A stretch of 32,000 nucleotides of DNA. It comes from Planctomycetales bacterium. Its GTDB lineage: Bacteria > 4484-113 > JAFGCY01. The stretch covers positions 1,350,001-1,382,000 of the forward strand of contig CP060262.1 in NCBI GenBank assembly GCA_022646745.1, given 5' to 3'. Both the position numbers and the translations under genes were made by a program. The notes under the pieces were generated by a model. That model had not been told where the DNA came from. It did no database searches and saw nothing but the letters and a program-made list of their open reading frames with translations. Positions within the stretch are counted from its first letter, which is position 1; each line of letters starts with the position of its first letter. Shown piece by piece: positions 22,944-31,955 of this stretch.

Positions 22944-24089
22944 TCACGGCCGGTAACAGTTCAGCGTGCTTATCGGGGAATGGCTGGCGTTGGATTCACC
23001 GACCAGCACCAGCCCTCCACTTTCGGCCAGGCAGCTGCGCAGCGAGCGTGGCAGCACGGCGCGGAAGCTGAATATCCGCCTGAGGCGGCCATGCTCCAGC
23101 CGACAGGCTTCCATCGCGTCAGGACCGTAGGCAAACTGACGCAGCCAGCCGCGCAGCGGCAGGGAACTGGCCCGGCTGGCAAGCAGCTCGCCTGATTCTC
23201 CCTTGCCAAGGGAGTAGGCCGGCGGATCACTAGCAACGGCATACATGTTTTCGTTGCTGACAACCAGCAGTTCACCACCCAGCACGGCAAGGCCGTCGCG
23301 GCATTCCAGCACTGAAGTGATGTAGCCTGGCATTTCAGAGGCAGCCACCTGGTGCAGGCCGTCCGTGCTGCCCAGGCTGAACAGGGCCACCGTGCGGCTG
23401 TTGCCATAATCCCCCAGCCAGGGATCGCCGTAAAACTCAATCAGCGCATACAGGTCCGTGTCTGCCTGCCAGATACCCCCGACCAGGGGCGAGCTGCACT
23501 GCCGCGCCTTCAATGCAATGTTATCCGGCCCGAGCTGCAGCAGGAAATGACCATATCCCGATATCTCCAGACCGAGTCGGGCCGCGATTGAATCATCACT
23601 TTCATCCAGCAGCCTGCAGTACTGCAGCGAGCCACCATCAGGCAACCGGGCTGCCGAGAACACGCCATCAATTCCCAGCACATCCCGCAGATAGGAAACG
23701 GACTGCGGCGGCCGGGCTGCACCCTGCATGTCGAACTCAAGCAGGACACCCAGCTCGCCGCTGATCCTGATTCTCCCGTTGTCAACTGACATTCGTGGGT
23801 TGTAGTCACCCGGCATGGGCAGGTCGGGAACGGACCACTGAGTTGCACCGGTGGAGTCCAGCCTCGTCCGCGAAACATAAGCGTGGGTACCTCCCTGTCC
23901 ACCAACCTGCTGCAGCACGATGAAGCCAGCCTCGCCGTCCGCTTCAATCCCGATGATGTCGCCAGGCAGCTGCACCTGCCAGAGTGGCGCGCGCAGGCTC
24001 ATGCGCCAGAGCAGCAGCTGCCAGACGAACAACAGCAGCAGGGCCGGGACCAGCAGCAGGAAGAACAGCCATGCACGCCTGCGAAGCAT
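22944..24089 (-). CDS. Membrane-anchored beta-propeller-like protein (PQQ-like repeats), function unknown
   Basis: 381 aa. N-terminal TM helix AWLFFLLLVPALLLLFVWQLLLW, followed by repeated beta-strand-rich segments (e.g. DSTGATQWSV). Confidence 0.6.
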   Translation of the reverse strand: MLRRRAWLFFLLLVPALLLLFVWQLLLWRMSLRAPLWQVQLPGDIIGIEADGEAGFIVLQQVGGQGGTHAYVSRTRLDSTGATQWSVPDLPMPGDYNPRMSVDNGRIRISGELGVLLEFDMQGAARPPQSVSYLRDVLGIDGVFSAARLPDGGSLQYCRLLDESDDSIAARLGLEISGYGHFLLQLGPDNIALKARQCSSPLVGGIWQADTDLYALIEFYGDPWLGDYGNSRTVALFSLGSTDGLHQVAASEMPGYITSVLECRDGLAVLGGELLVVSNENMYAVASDPPAYSLGKGESGELLASRASSLPLRGWLRQFAYGPDAMEACRLEHGRLRRIFSFRAVLPRSLRSCLAESGGLVLVGESNASHSPISTLNCYRP

Positions 24090-24221
24090 GGCGTTACCTT
24101 AGCAGCGGTTGCGGTTACACAGCACTTCGGTTAACCGGCCACCGGGCCATGGTGTTCAGTCAATCCACACCTCCCGGATGTTCAAGCCAAGCCAGGATGG
24201 CAGGTGGCAAAGATCTGCTTG

Positions 24222-24251
24222 GCGTATCATTCTGGCAACGCAATGATACGC
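24222..24251. promoter_or_regulatory. Perfect 10-bp inverted repeat in a divergent intergenic region; candidate regulator site or RNA hairpin
   Basis: GCGTATCATT (24222..24231), a 10-nt loop, then AATGATACGC (24242..24251). A consensus TATAAT at 24300..24305 lies downstream, but its -35 is poor. Confidence 0.3.
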
Positions 24252-24336
24252 AAGGTTCAAAAACGGTTAAACTGCCCTGCTGCCCCACTTGGCGGGTCAT
24301 ATAATCGATTTACTGACCAGACGGGGAGAAAACGGC

Positions 24337-27255
24337 ATGCAGGTATTGGGTTTCCATGGCAGGATAACAAGGATACTGATCGCTACAGGATTGCTGCTGC
24401 TTGTTTCATGCGGTGGAGGCAGGGGAAGTGTGACAAGCAGCGAACTGGTGGCAAATGGCAGCCGGCCACTCAGCGGGCAGCTGGAAGCAACTGCATCACG
24501 CAGCTCCATAGCGGAGATTGACATCGCTGGGCTGGTGGCGCAGATCAGTTCCTGTACAGCACCGGCCGGGATCGACAGCGAGCTGTATGCAGAGCTGACG
24601 GCCGAGCTGGTGCGGGTGCTGGAGGAGCGTGGCACAGAGCGGATCATCGCTTCCCTGCCTGACCCGGAGAAGTCAAAGGTGACCGACCTCGCCATCAGTG
24701 GCGACAGCTCGCTGGCGACATTCAGCTGGAGCTATGCCAACCCTGCGGACTACGACCAGAATGGCGAAGTGAACATCGCAGACCTGACACCGGTCGGTGT
24801 GCACTTCGGCAAGGATTCCAGTGGCAGCGACTGGGCCACGGCCAGCATCGCCGACGGCGATGGCAACGGCCTCGTCAACCTGGCGGACATCACGCCGATC
24901 GGGCAGAATTACCTGAACCGCATCAACGGCTTCGAGCTGCAGCTGGGCGACAGCAGCGATGCGAGCGAGTGGACGCTAGCCGCCGATGTGGCTGTCAGCG
25001 AAGGCACGGTCTCCAGCGGCCGCCGCAGCTTCAGCTACGAACTTGCATCAGCATCCGAGGGCTGGTACCGCGCCGTGCCCTATGAGAATGGCAACCCGCG
25101 CAGCCTGGGTGAGCCTGGCAACACGGTGCAGCTGGCTGGATCCGACCCCTCGCCGAGTGGCTACAGTGAACCAGGTGGTCCTGGCAACAGCGGCACTACC
25201 CCCTTCAGCGGGCCTGCTTCTGAGCCGGATTCAGTAGAGACCAGGACCTTCGGCCAGGAGTATGAAGCACCCTTCGTGGGCCTGGACCAGAATGTCTACA
25301 CCGTGACCTCCCAGGCAGAAGCCGTCAGCTTCGACCCGGATGGCCAGTTGCGCTGGTCCGCTGAACTTAGCGACCTGGCCACGGATTACAGGCTCAACAG
25401 CAATGATGAACTGCTGGTGGGTTGCAATGACGGCATGTTGTTCCACTTAGACAGCATGGGCCAGCTGCAGGTTGCCTTTGACACAGGCCTGCTGCCCGCC
25501 GCTCCGGAGGTCTGTCCTGACGGTAGCTACCTGTGCATAGATAGTTCGGAAAGGAAACTGCACGCCTTTGATTCGGATGGCATGCACAAGTGGTCCTATC
25601 CCCAGGGCGCGCGGGTGGCGCGTGATGTGTTCTGTTCGGCAAATGGCAACATCTACGTGGCGGTGAGCGATCCCGCAGGCCAGCCAGATCCCGACCCGGC
25701 CAGCCTGGCCTGCCTGGATGGGAATGGAGTTGAGCTCTGGATAAGGGACGGCGCGGGGGATTCAACCCTAACCCAGGTCAGACCCGGTCTGGACAACAAG
25801 GTACTGTTCACGGAATTCTTCTATGTCTACTGCTATTCCCCGGAAGGAGAGCTGCTGTGGACACAGGACAAGCCGATCCGATCCTGGGCTGTGGGCAATG
25901 ATGGCACCGTTGCCATCGGCGGTGGCTTCAATTCCACGGACTCCTATTATCTCGTGTCCCCTGACGGGGATGATCTCGCCACCGTTACATCACCTGGGGA
26001 TGTGGAAGATATCGTGCTCGGCCAGGACGGCCGCGTTTTCTGGTACGACGTCTTCGAAGGCCTGAAGTCGAACCCCGGCAACGCCGGCGGATCATACTGG
26101 AATGACCATGGTAGCCGGGTTTATGGCAACGGAGATGCCAGTGGCAATCTCTACCAGGGTTTATCCATACTCAGGAAGATTGACAAGGAAGGCCAGATCA
26201 TCTGGGAGCGAGGTGAAGTTGCTGAAATCAGTATGCCACCGGTTTTCACTGCCGACAGTGGCTACTACCTCAATTACGGAGGCGGCATTGGGCGATTCAG
26301 CTCCGGTGGAGGCCAGCTCTGGGATTCTGGCAGCGGCGAGATGCTGACAGAGGGCAGTCCGGTGATCCGGCTGGATTCATCCGTCGTCTATTCCGCCGGG
26401 CGCAACTATGTCGAGGACGCAACCAATAAAGTTGAAGGTGTGGTACGGGCCCTGGACTCAGGGGGCAATCAGCTCTGGGAGCACAACGAACCTGGACTGA
26501 TACCCAGGCAGCCGAGGGCGGGCAGTGACGGCAGCATCTGTTTTCTGGCCCGGGATTCCATCAGTTCCACATTCGTGATGCTCAATGCAGACGGATCAGA
26601 GCGCTGGCGCAGGGACCTGGAAGCGGATTTTGCCAAGTATCCCGAGTGGACCCTGCTGCATACACAGCCCCAGGATAAGGTGTATGTTGCCTATCAGACA
26701 GGGGGCAAGCTGCTGCTAAGCTGCTGGAATGCTGACAATACAGAGGTGTTCAGCCACGAACTCATTTCGGAATCCGCTGAGGATAACAAAGTGCGGCAGG
26801 TGCTGGCCGCTGCAGATGGCAGCTGCCTGGGGGTCTTCAATGAGGATCTGCTGAGGCTGGATGCCGATGGCAACGTCCTCTGGCAGCAACCCGACCCCGG
26901 TGGCACGGATTTCAATGACGTCTGGTTGGGTGCGGCCCTGCTGGCGGACGGCAGCATCATCGCCAGTTTCCACTACCAGCTGCGCAAGCTGGACAGCAAC
27001 GGCAACGAAGTCTGGACAAGCAGTATCAGCCAGGGTGAGGCAAATGAATTCTTCAGCCGCATGCTGGTTGACAGCGAAGGCCGGATCTACGGCAGCACCG
27101 GCCAGGCCGTGCGCTGCTTCGATGGGGATGGCAGCCTGCTGTGGTCCCATCTGGTGCCCGGCAGCCAGCTGTATACACAGGCTGCGCCTGTACTGTCCCC
27201 GGCGGGAACGTTGTTCGCGGTGCTCAAGGATGCGCGGCTGCTCAGGGTTGATTGA
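24337..27255 (+). CDS. Large secreted lipoprotein with dockerin-like repeat pair and more than 10 PQQ/BamB-like beta-propeller repeats
   Basis: ORF 24289..27255. The preferred start is ATG 24337 (GGGGAG upstream), giving MQVLGFHGRITRILIATGLLLLVSC (lipobox). Dockerin-like NPADYDQNGEVNIADLTPVGVHFG ... DGDGNGLVNLADITPIGQNY. Recurrent DG..(L/E)W motifs: DGQLRWS, DGMHKWSY, GVELWIR, GELLWTQ, GNQLWEH, GSERWRR, GNVLWQQ, GNEVWTS, GSLLWSH. Confidence 0.8.
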   Translation: MQVLGFHGRITRILIATGLLLLVSCGGGRGSVTSSELVANGSRPLSGQLEATASRSSIAEIDIAGLVAQISSCTAPAGIDSELYAELTAELVRVLEERGTERIIASLPDPEKSKVTDLAISGDSSLATFSWSYANPADYDQNGEVNIADLTPVGVHFGKDSSGSDWATASIADGDGNGLVNLADITPIGQNYLNRINGFELQLGDSSDASEWTLAADVAVSEGTVSSGRRSFSYELASASEGWYRAVPYENGNPRSLGEPGNTVQLAGSDPSPSGYSEPGGPGNSGTTPFSGPASEPDSVETRTFGQEYEAPFVGLDQNVYTVTSQAEAVSFDPDGQLRWSAELSDLATDYRLNSNDELLVGCNDGMLFHLDSMGQLQVAFDTGLLPAAPEVCPDGSYLCIDSSERKLHAFDSDGMHKWSYPQGARVARDVFCSANGNIYVAVSDPAGQPDPDPASLACLDGNGVELWIRDGAGDSTLTQVRPGLDNKVLFTEFFYVYCYSPEGELLWTQDKPIRSWAVGNDGTVAIGGGFNSTDSYYLVSPDGDDLATVTSPGDVEDIVLGQDGRVFWYDVFEGLKSNPGNAGGSYWNDHGSRVYGNGDASGNLYQGLSILRKIDKEGQIIWERGEVAEISMPPVFTADSGYYLNYGGGIGRFSSGGGQLWDSGSGEMLTEGSPVIRLDSSVVYSAGRNYVEDATNKVEGVVRALDSGGNQLWEHNEPGLIPRQPRAGSDGSICFLARDSISSTFVMLNADGSERWRRDLEADFAKYPEWTLLHTQPQDKVYVAYQTGGKLLLSCWNADNTEVFSHELISESAEDNKVRQVLAAADGSCLGVFNEDLLRLDADGNVLWQQPDPGGTDFNDVWLGAALLADGSIIASFHYQLRKLDSNGNEVWTSSISQGEANEFFSRMLVDSEGRIYGSTGQAVRCFDGDGSLLWSHLVPGSQLYTQAAPVLSPAGTLFAVLKDARLLRVD

Positions 27256-27375
27256 CATTGATGAAATACAGAGGCCTGCTGGTTCTGTCTGGCAACGGTC
27301 TCGCCTGGCATTGCGCAGCTGCAGGTTGCATTGCCAGCCTGGCTGCCTGGGCTCCTTGCCAGGCATGCAACTCCA

Positions 27376-28398
27376 TTACTGCACCCGCACCCACTCCAGC
27401 AGGGACTGCATCAGGGACTTCTCGCGCACGAAGCCGCGGTTGACGCAGAACAGCATGTGCAGCTGCTCATCCGGGAAGTACCAGCAGCCGGAGGTGTAGC
27501 CCATCGTGTTGCCACCGTGGCCGAGGAAACTGCCCCAGTCGCGGCTGAAGGTCTGCACGCCGATGCCGTAGCCCTTGCCATGACCGGCGTCGGCGGCCTG
27601 CTGCATCACGGCGTACTGCGCATCGTCAAGCAGCTGCCCGCCGTGCAGCGCACGCATGAACTTCAGCAGGTCGCTGGCCGTTGTCAGGATCGCGCCGCCG
27701 TAGCCGTACAGGCTCCAGGCTTCGGCCTCCGTGATGTCAACGCCGCCCAGCTCCTCGCGGGCATAGCCGCGCAGCTCAAGCGGCTGGAAGGGTTCAGTGG
27801 CGGCGTAGACGGTGTCCGCCATGCCGAGCGGGTCCCAGACCATTTCATGCAGGTGCTCGCTCAGTTCACGGCCCGTTGCCATTCGCACGACTTCGCCGAG
27901 TACGACGTAGTTCGTGTTGGAGTAATGGAAGCCCTGGCCGGGCTCGAAGTAGCGCGGGTAGTGGTTGGCAATCTCGATGTTGTCAGCCGGCACCCAGCGC
28001 TTCGTGGCATTGTGCCTGAGCAGCGTGAGCGGCAGGTGGTACAACACCTCGCCGAAGCAGTGGATCCCGCTTTCATGCCGTGCCAGCATGCGCAGCGTGA
28101 TGTCGGACGCGAGCGGGATGTCCGCCATCCAGTTGGCAAGCACATCATCCAGCGAGAAGGCTCCGCTGGCTTCCAGGCGCAGGAGCACGGCGCCGATCAT
28201 CACCTTGAGTATGCTGCCCGCCGGCCACTGCTGCTCGAGGCGCACTGGTGTGACAGTGGCGACATCCGCCACGCCGCAGGCCAGGCTGTGCACTTCATCA
28301 CCGCGGGCCAGCACGGCCAGCGCCCCGGGTGCATCCAGCTCGCGGCGCGCAGCATTGAGCACATCGCGCAGTGAGGGACTCGTCTGGTCAGAAGTCAT
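27376..28398 (-). CDS. Beta-lactamase-fold serine hydrolase (class C / DD-peptidase-like)
   Basis: 340 aa with SxxK (GSILKV), YxN (YSNTNY) and HGG (LGHGGNTMGY) motifs in canonical order. Confidence 0.8.
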   Translation of the reverse strand: MTSDQTSPSLRDVLNAARRELDAPGALAVLARGDEVHSLACGVADVATVTPVRLEQQWPAGSILKVMIGAVLLRLEASGAFSLDDVLANWMADIPLASDITLRMLARHESGIHCFGEVLYHLPLTLLRHNATKRWVPADNIEIANHYPRYFEPGQGFHYSNTNYVVLGEVVRMATGRELSEHLHEMVWDPLGMADTVYAATEPFQPLELRGYAREELGGVDITEAEAWSLYGYGGAILTTASDLLKFMRALHGGQLLDDAQYAVMQQAADAGHGKGYGIGVQTFSRDWGSFLGHGGNTMGYTSGCWYFPDEQLHMLFCVNRGFVREKSLMQSLLEWVRVQ

Positions 28399-28425
28399 CG
28401 CGACAGATGATAGCCCTGGGAAAGA

Positions 28426-28495
28426 GGTGAGTGGTCAGTGGTCAGAAATCAGTTCATACAATCTGGCTACTGATGTCTGACTACTGGCTACTCCT
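28426..28495. repeat. 7-nt-periodic repeat array forming an imperfect ~20-bp hairpin
   Basis: Left arm GGTGAGT GGTCAGT GGTCAGA AATCAGT; right arm ATCTGGC TACTGAT GTCTGAC TACTGGC. The left arm GGTCAGTGGTCAGAAATCAGT pairs with the reverse complement of the right arm, apart from 3 mismatches. Confidence 0.75.
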
Positions 28496-28880
28496 TGCGC
28501 ATCCAGCTGGGCTTGAAGCTCGGGTCCATCATCCAGATCTCGTTCTCGGCGCAGCGGGCCAGGGCATGCCTGGGCTGCAGCTCGACCACGCGCTGGAAGG
28601 TCTTCATCGCCTCTTCCCTGCGGCCCTGGTTCTTGTAGATGAAACCGAGGTCCGTCAGGGCCTGCAGGTCCTCGCCATAGGCCTGCAGCAGCTTGTTGGC
28701 CTCACGCTCGGCATCCTCCATGCGACCGAGGTCGAACAGGGCGTTCACGAGCTTGGTATGGTTGCGCGCGTTGGGGTCCTGCCGGACCTTCATCTCAGCA
28801 TCCTCAAGCATCCTCTGCTTGCGGTTCACGTCAGCCACCTTGGCGGTGGCCTTCGCATCTCCGTAAAGTCTCTCGCTCAT
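28488..28880 (-). CDS. TPR-repeat protein
   Basis: 130 aa with helical TPR-like repeats (LVNALFDLGRMEDAEREANKLLQ, LTDLGFIYKNQGRREEAMKTFQRVVELQP). Confidence 0.7.
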   Translation of the reverse strand: MSERLYGDAKATAKVADVNRKQRMLEDAEMKVRQDPNARNHTKLVNALFDLGRMEDAEREANKLLQAYGEDLQALTDLGFIYKNQGRREEAMKTFQRVVELQPRHALARCAENEIWMMDPSFKPSWMRKE

Positions 28881-29069
28881 CTACTCAGAACTCCATTTTC
28901 AGCCAAACTGTGCGTCACATTCTAACCGATGGGGGGCCTGCCCATCAGCCGCCGCGTGCCGTGCAACGCCTGTTGATGCGGATTTAATGAGGGGACGCGT
29001 CCGATTCCCCAATCACGTGCCTCGATCCGCAAGCTTACCGCTTCCAACCGCTTCCTGCGGCTGGATATT

Positions 29070-30053
29070 CTATTCCACGATCTCGAAACTGAGCCTCGCG
29101 TTGAATGACATGTACGGGTCCACAAACAGAATACCCGTCAGCTTGCCATTTCCTTCACCGACGATCACGCAATAACCGCGGGTCCGGCCGGCCTCAAGGA
29201 AGCCGCACCATGCACCATCGCGCAGTTCGCCGTCAAACTTGAATCCGTCCTCGCTTTCCAGCTTGAGGCCATTGGCCCCGCGCCGGTAGCTGCCGTTGAC
29301 CTGGGTGCCGGACACCGAGCCCTTGAACTTGCCGCTCTGGGCAAATTCCATCGCGCTTGCGCCGGCCTGCATGTAGGCAATGCTGCCGCTGCTGCCGCGA
29401 TCGACTGTCAGGAAGGGCCCGCTGCGCATCAGCGACACATTGCGCAGCACTTCCTCACTGCCCTGGCTCAGCGCACTGCCGTCTGTACTGCGGATGGTGA
29501 GTTCATGCGAGGCACCACTGATCGTGTATGTCTTGCCGGATTTCCACAGCTCGGAGCGCACACCCTGCGGGTTGCGGCCGAACAGGGCCAGCCATTCGCC
29601 GGAAAGGTCGATTGAGCTTGACTGTGCCGGGGGAGCTGGTGGGGCCTGCTGCCCGGCATCATCGCTTTCGTCCGGGGCGGCTTCGTCTTCATCTGCGCCG
29701 GCGCAGGGCTGCTCATCCGAGGAACCATCCTCCTCGCCGGCTTCATCGCCTTCCGCAGAGGAATCATCCTGGCCTGTATCGGCGGAACCGTCATCCGCGC
29801 CGCCTTCATCCACGGTTCCTCCGCCGGATGTCTGGCCGCCGTCGGATGGGGTGTCGGAAGTGCCATCAGACGCCGCATCGCCGGACTGGGCTTCACCCAT
29901 CTGCGGGGAGCCCGAGGCTTCGCCACCACCGGCGCCGTCCTGTCCGGCCCAGCGTCCACGGCCGGGGCGCTCATTGCCGCCCTGCGGGCAGCCGCACAGC
30001 AGCAGGGCCAGTGCGGCGATGGATATCAGTTTCAGGTAATCAAGGGTGCGCAT
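29070..30053 (-). CDS. Lipoprotein with long acidic Gly/Asp/Ser-rich linker and C-terminal beta-rich domain
   Basis: 327 aa. MRTLDYLKLISIAALALLLCGC signal/lipobox, then a ~130-aa low-complexity acidic tract. Confidence 0.65.
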   Translation of the reverse strand: MRTLDYLKLISIAALALLLCGCPQGGNERPGRGRWAGQDGAGGGEASGSPQMGEAQSGDAASDGTSDTPSDGGQTSGGGTVDEGGADDGSADTGQDDSSAEGDEAGEEDGSSDEQPCAGADEDEAAPDESDDAGQQAPPAPPAQSSSIDLSGEWLALFGRNPQGVRSELWKSGKTYTISGASHELTIRSTDGSALSQGSEEVLRNVSLMRSGPFLTVDRGSSGSIAYMQAGASAMEFAQSGKFKGSVSGTQVNGSYRRGANGLKLESEDGFKFDGELRDGAWCGFLEAGRTRGYCVIVGEGNGKLTGILFVDPYMSFNARLSFEIVE

Positions 30054-30081
30054 TACCGGATATTATGACGCAGAGTCAGGA

Positions 30082-30495
30082 TCAGCGGTTACCGGACTGT
30101 TCCTGCTGTTCCCCCGCCGGAGGCAGTTTTGCGGCGGGCCTGGGTTTGATTGCGAAGTGGATGTAAATCGCCCCGAGCCCGATCATGCCGGGTACGAAGG
30201 CGAAGCCGAGCATGCGCGCCGGGCCGGGGAAGGCCGCGGCCGCCGCGATGCCGAGGAACAGCCCAAGCGTGCTGGCCAGCAGGATGATGCCCGCCTTCAG
30301 GTTGCCCTGTGGGTCGCCCTCGCGGTCATCAAGCTGGAAGTTGATCTCACGCGGGTCCAGGCCCTGGGCCATCGCCTTCTCGTAGAGGTCGGCCAGCCGC
30401 TCGGTGCGCCGGGCCTTGAGCCGCATGCCGTAGATCATGATCGCCATCGAGATGACGAAGATGATCAGGAATAACATTGCTGCGCCGTTGTCCAT
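30082..30495 (-). CDS. Small integral membrane protein (about 4 TM segments)
   Basis: 137 aa with hydrophobic segments and GAGG 9 nt upstream of ATG 30495. It lies 28 nt upstream of the lipoprotein gene, so the two likely form an operon. Confidence 0.6.
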   Translation of the reverse strand: MDNGAAMLFLIIFVISMAIMIYGMRLKARRTERLADLYEKAMAQGLDPREINFQLDDREGDPQGNLKAGIILLASTLGLFLGIAAAAAFPGPARMLGFAFVPGMIGLGAIYIHFAIKPRPAAKLPPAGEQQEQSGNR

Positions 30496-30730
30496 GTATG
30501 TCTGCCTCAGCGAATGGGAGTGCCGCGGGGCCGTCTGGGTTTCATTCTACAGCGGGAAGCTGGAAGAAGTCTGGATAGTTTTGATAGTAGGAATAGTGGG
30601 GGAAGTCAGGAATCTGGGAACAGGGACCGGGGACCTGTAGCGGCTGCTTCCAGCAGCCGGAGCAGGTTGGAGTTTGGCGTGGCGAGTTTGGATAGGGACC
30701 AGTAGCAGCGGCGCCCCCGCCGCTGAAATT

Positions 30731-30759
30731 GGAGGTGCGCAACTTGCTTGCGCACAATG
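30731..30759 (+). repeat. Third, orphan copy of the 29-bp REP element
   Basis: GGAGGTGCGCAACTTGCTTGCGCACAATG, identical to 22113..22141 and in the same orientation. Confidence 0.85.
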
Positions 30760-30870
30760 AAACGCCTGAACAGTCTGAATAGTTGGGAAGTGCGAATAGT
30801 GGAATCCTCCACGCCTGAGGCGTGCTGCGCGGCCTCCGGCCTTGCCTGGATGAATGCTTGCCTGCCGGTC

Positions 30871-30942
30871 CGGGATGAGATGTAAGGGAAGCGGGATGCA
30901 AGGGATGCGGGATGAGGGATGAGAAACGAGGGACGAGGGATG
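30871..30942. repeat. Tandem heptamer array (GGGATG-type), degenerate
   Basis: CGGGATG AGATGTA AGGGAAG CGGGATG CAAGGGATG CGGGATG AGGGATG AGAAACG AGGGACG AGGGATG. Confidence 0.8.
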
Positions 30943-30961
30943 AGGCATTCAGGTTGAAGTA

Positions 30962-31005
30962 GGGATGGGGTAATACCCCATCCCGGCGGCGGTATTACCG
31001 CCGCC
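30962..31005. other. Two abutting perfect hairpins
   Basis: GGGATGGGGTA-a-TACCCCATCCC (30962..30984), immediately followed by GGCGGCGGTA-t-TACCGCCGCC (30985..31005). No T run follows on either strand. Confidence 0.7.
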
Positions 31006-31206
31006 CTACGTCTCGCAGACTGATGGACGGCCTTAGCGGCATGCCCTTCTGAGTGTCAGGCTGGACCCCCGTTTGTTCTCCAGAGCCTGCGCAGCTTCGG
31101 CTTCGCCTCGCAACGCGGCTCCGATGGCACAGCCCTGCAGCGCCTCCGCTCACTCCAACCTCCACACTGCAACCTGTCCCCTTCTTGTCAGATTCTCATC
31201 TGACCT

Positions 31207-31269
31207 CCCTGCACCCTGCACCCTGCAACCTGCAACCGAAAACCCGAAACCGGAAACCCGAAACCTGAA
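31207..31269. repeat. Tandem heptamer array (CCCTGCA then ACCCGAA types)
   Basis: CCCTGCA x3, then ACCTGCA, ACCGAAA, ACCCGAA, ACCGGAA, ACCCGAA and ACCTGAA, with strict 7-nt phase. 31216..31234 is the exact reverse complement of 13320..13338. Confidence 0.85.
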
Positions 31270-31346
31270 GATCCCATGCAACTTTCCCCCCACTGAGCCA
31301 CTCCCACATCACAAGCGGCGATGGCCGCGGGGCATGAAGGAGTAAA

Positions 31347-31955
31347 ATGATGACGATCAGAGGTCTTTTACTGGGAGGATCAGCGCAGGCGGTGAGTCAG
31401 GCAAACGAGGAACTCGCGCTCTGTCAGCGGATCGCCCGTGGTGAACGGCATCTCTTCGGCGAGATCATCGACCGCTACAGCGGGCTGGTGGCCGGCAGCA
31501 TCGCCGGCCAGGGGGTCAGCCCCTCCGATGTGGAGGACCTGGCCCAGCTCACCTTCATCAATGTCTTCAAGGGCATCCATGGATTCCGCGGCGATGCCAA
31601 GTTGTCGAGCTGGATCTACCGCATCGCGGTGAACATCGCCCGCCAGCATCTCAAGAAGCAGTCCAGCCGCCCGGCGACCGACAGCATGGAGCAGCAGCTT
31701 GAGATCGGCCGCCAGCCCGCGGATGGACGCGAGGCCGGCGAGGACAGCATGCTGCGCCAGCGCGCACTCGACAGTGCAATGGCCCAGCTGCCGGAGAACC
31801 AGCGCACCGCCCTTTCGCTGTATTACTTCGAGGAGCTCAGCTACGAGGAGATCAGCGAGGCGATGCAGCAGAATATCAACACCGTGCGGACGCATATCCG
31901 CCGTGGCAAGCAGAAGCTGGCCACGATGATCGACGAGGGTGTGCTCGGGCCCTGA
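31347..31955 (+). CDS. ECF-type RNA polymerase sigma-70 family factor
   Basis: 202 aa. Region 2 is DLAQLTFINVFKGIHGFRGDAKLSSWIYRIAVNIA; region 4 is LPENQRTALSLYYFEELSYEEISEAMQQNINTVRTHIRRGKQKL. AAGGAG precedes the tandem ATGs at 31347 and 31350. Confidence 0.85.
   Translation: MMTIRGLLLGGSAQAVSQANEELALCQRIARGERHLFGEIIDRYSGLVAGSIAGQGVSPSDVEDLAQLTFINVFKGIHGFRGDAKLSSWIYRIAVNIARQHLKKQSSRPATDSMEQQLEIGRQPADGREAGEDSMLRQRALDSAMAQLPENQRTALSLYYFEELSYEEISEAMQQNINTVRTHIRRGKQKLATMIDEGVLGP

Noticed and set aside
30542-30948. Minus-strand ORFs 30542..30901 and 30547..30948 (119 and 133 aa), plus + strand ORFs 31053..31345.
   Set aside because: Their translations are repeat-driven low-complexity (Pro/Ser/His-rich) sequence that crosses the REP and heptamer arrays. 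They have no SD and no recognisable domains.
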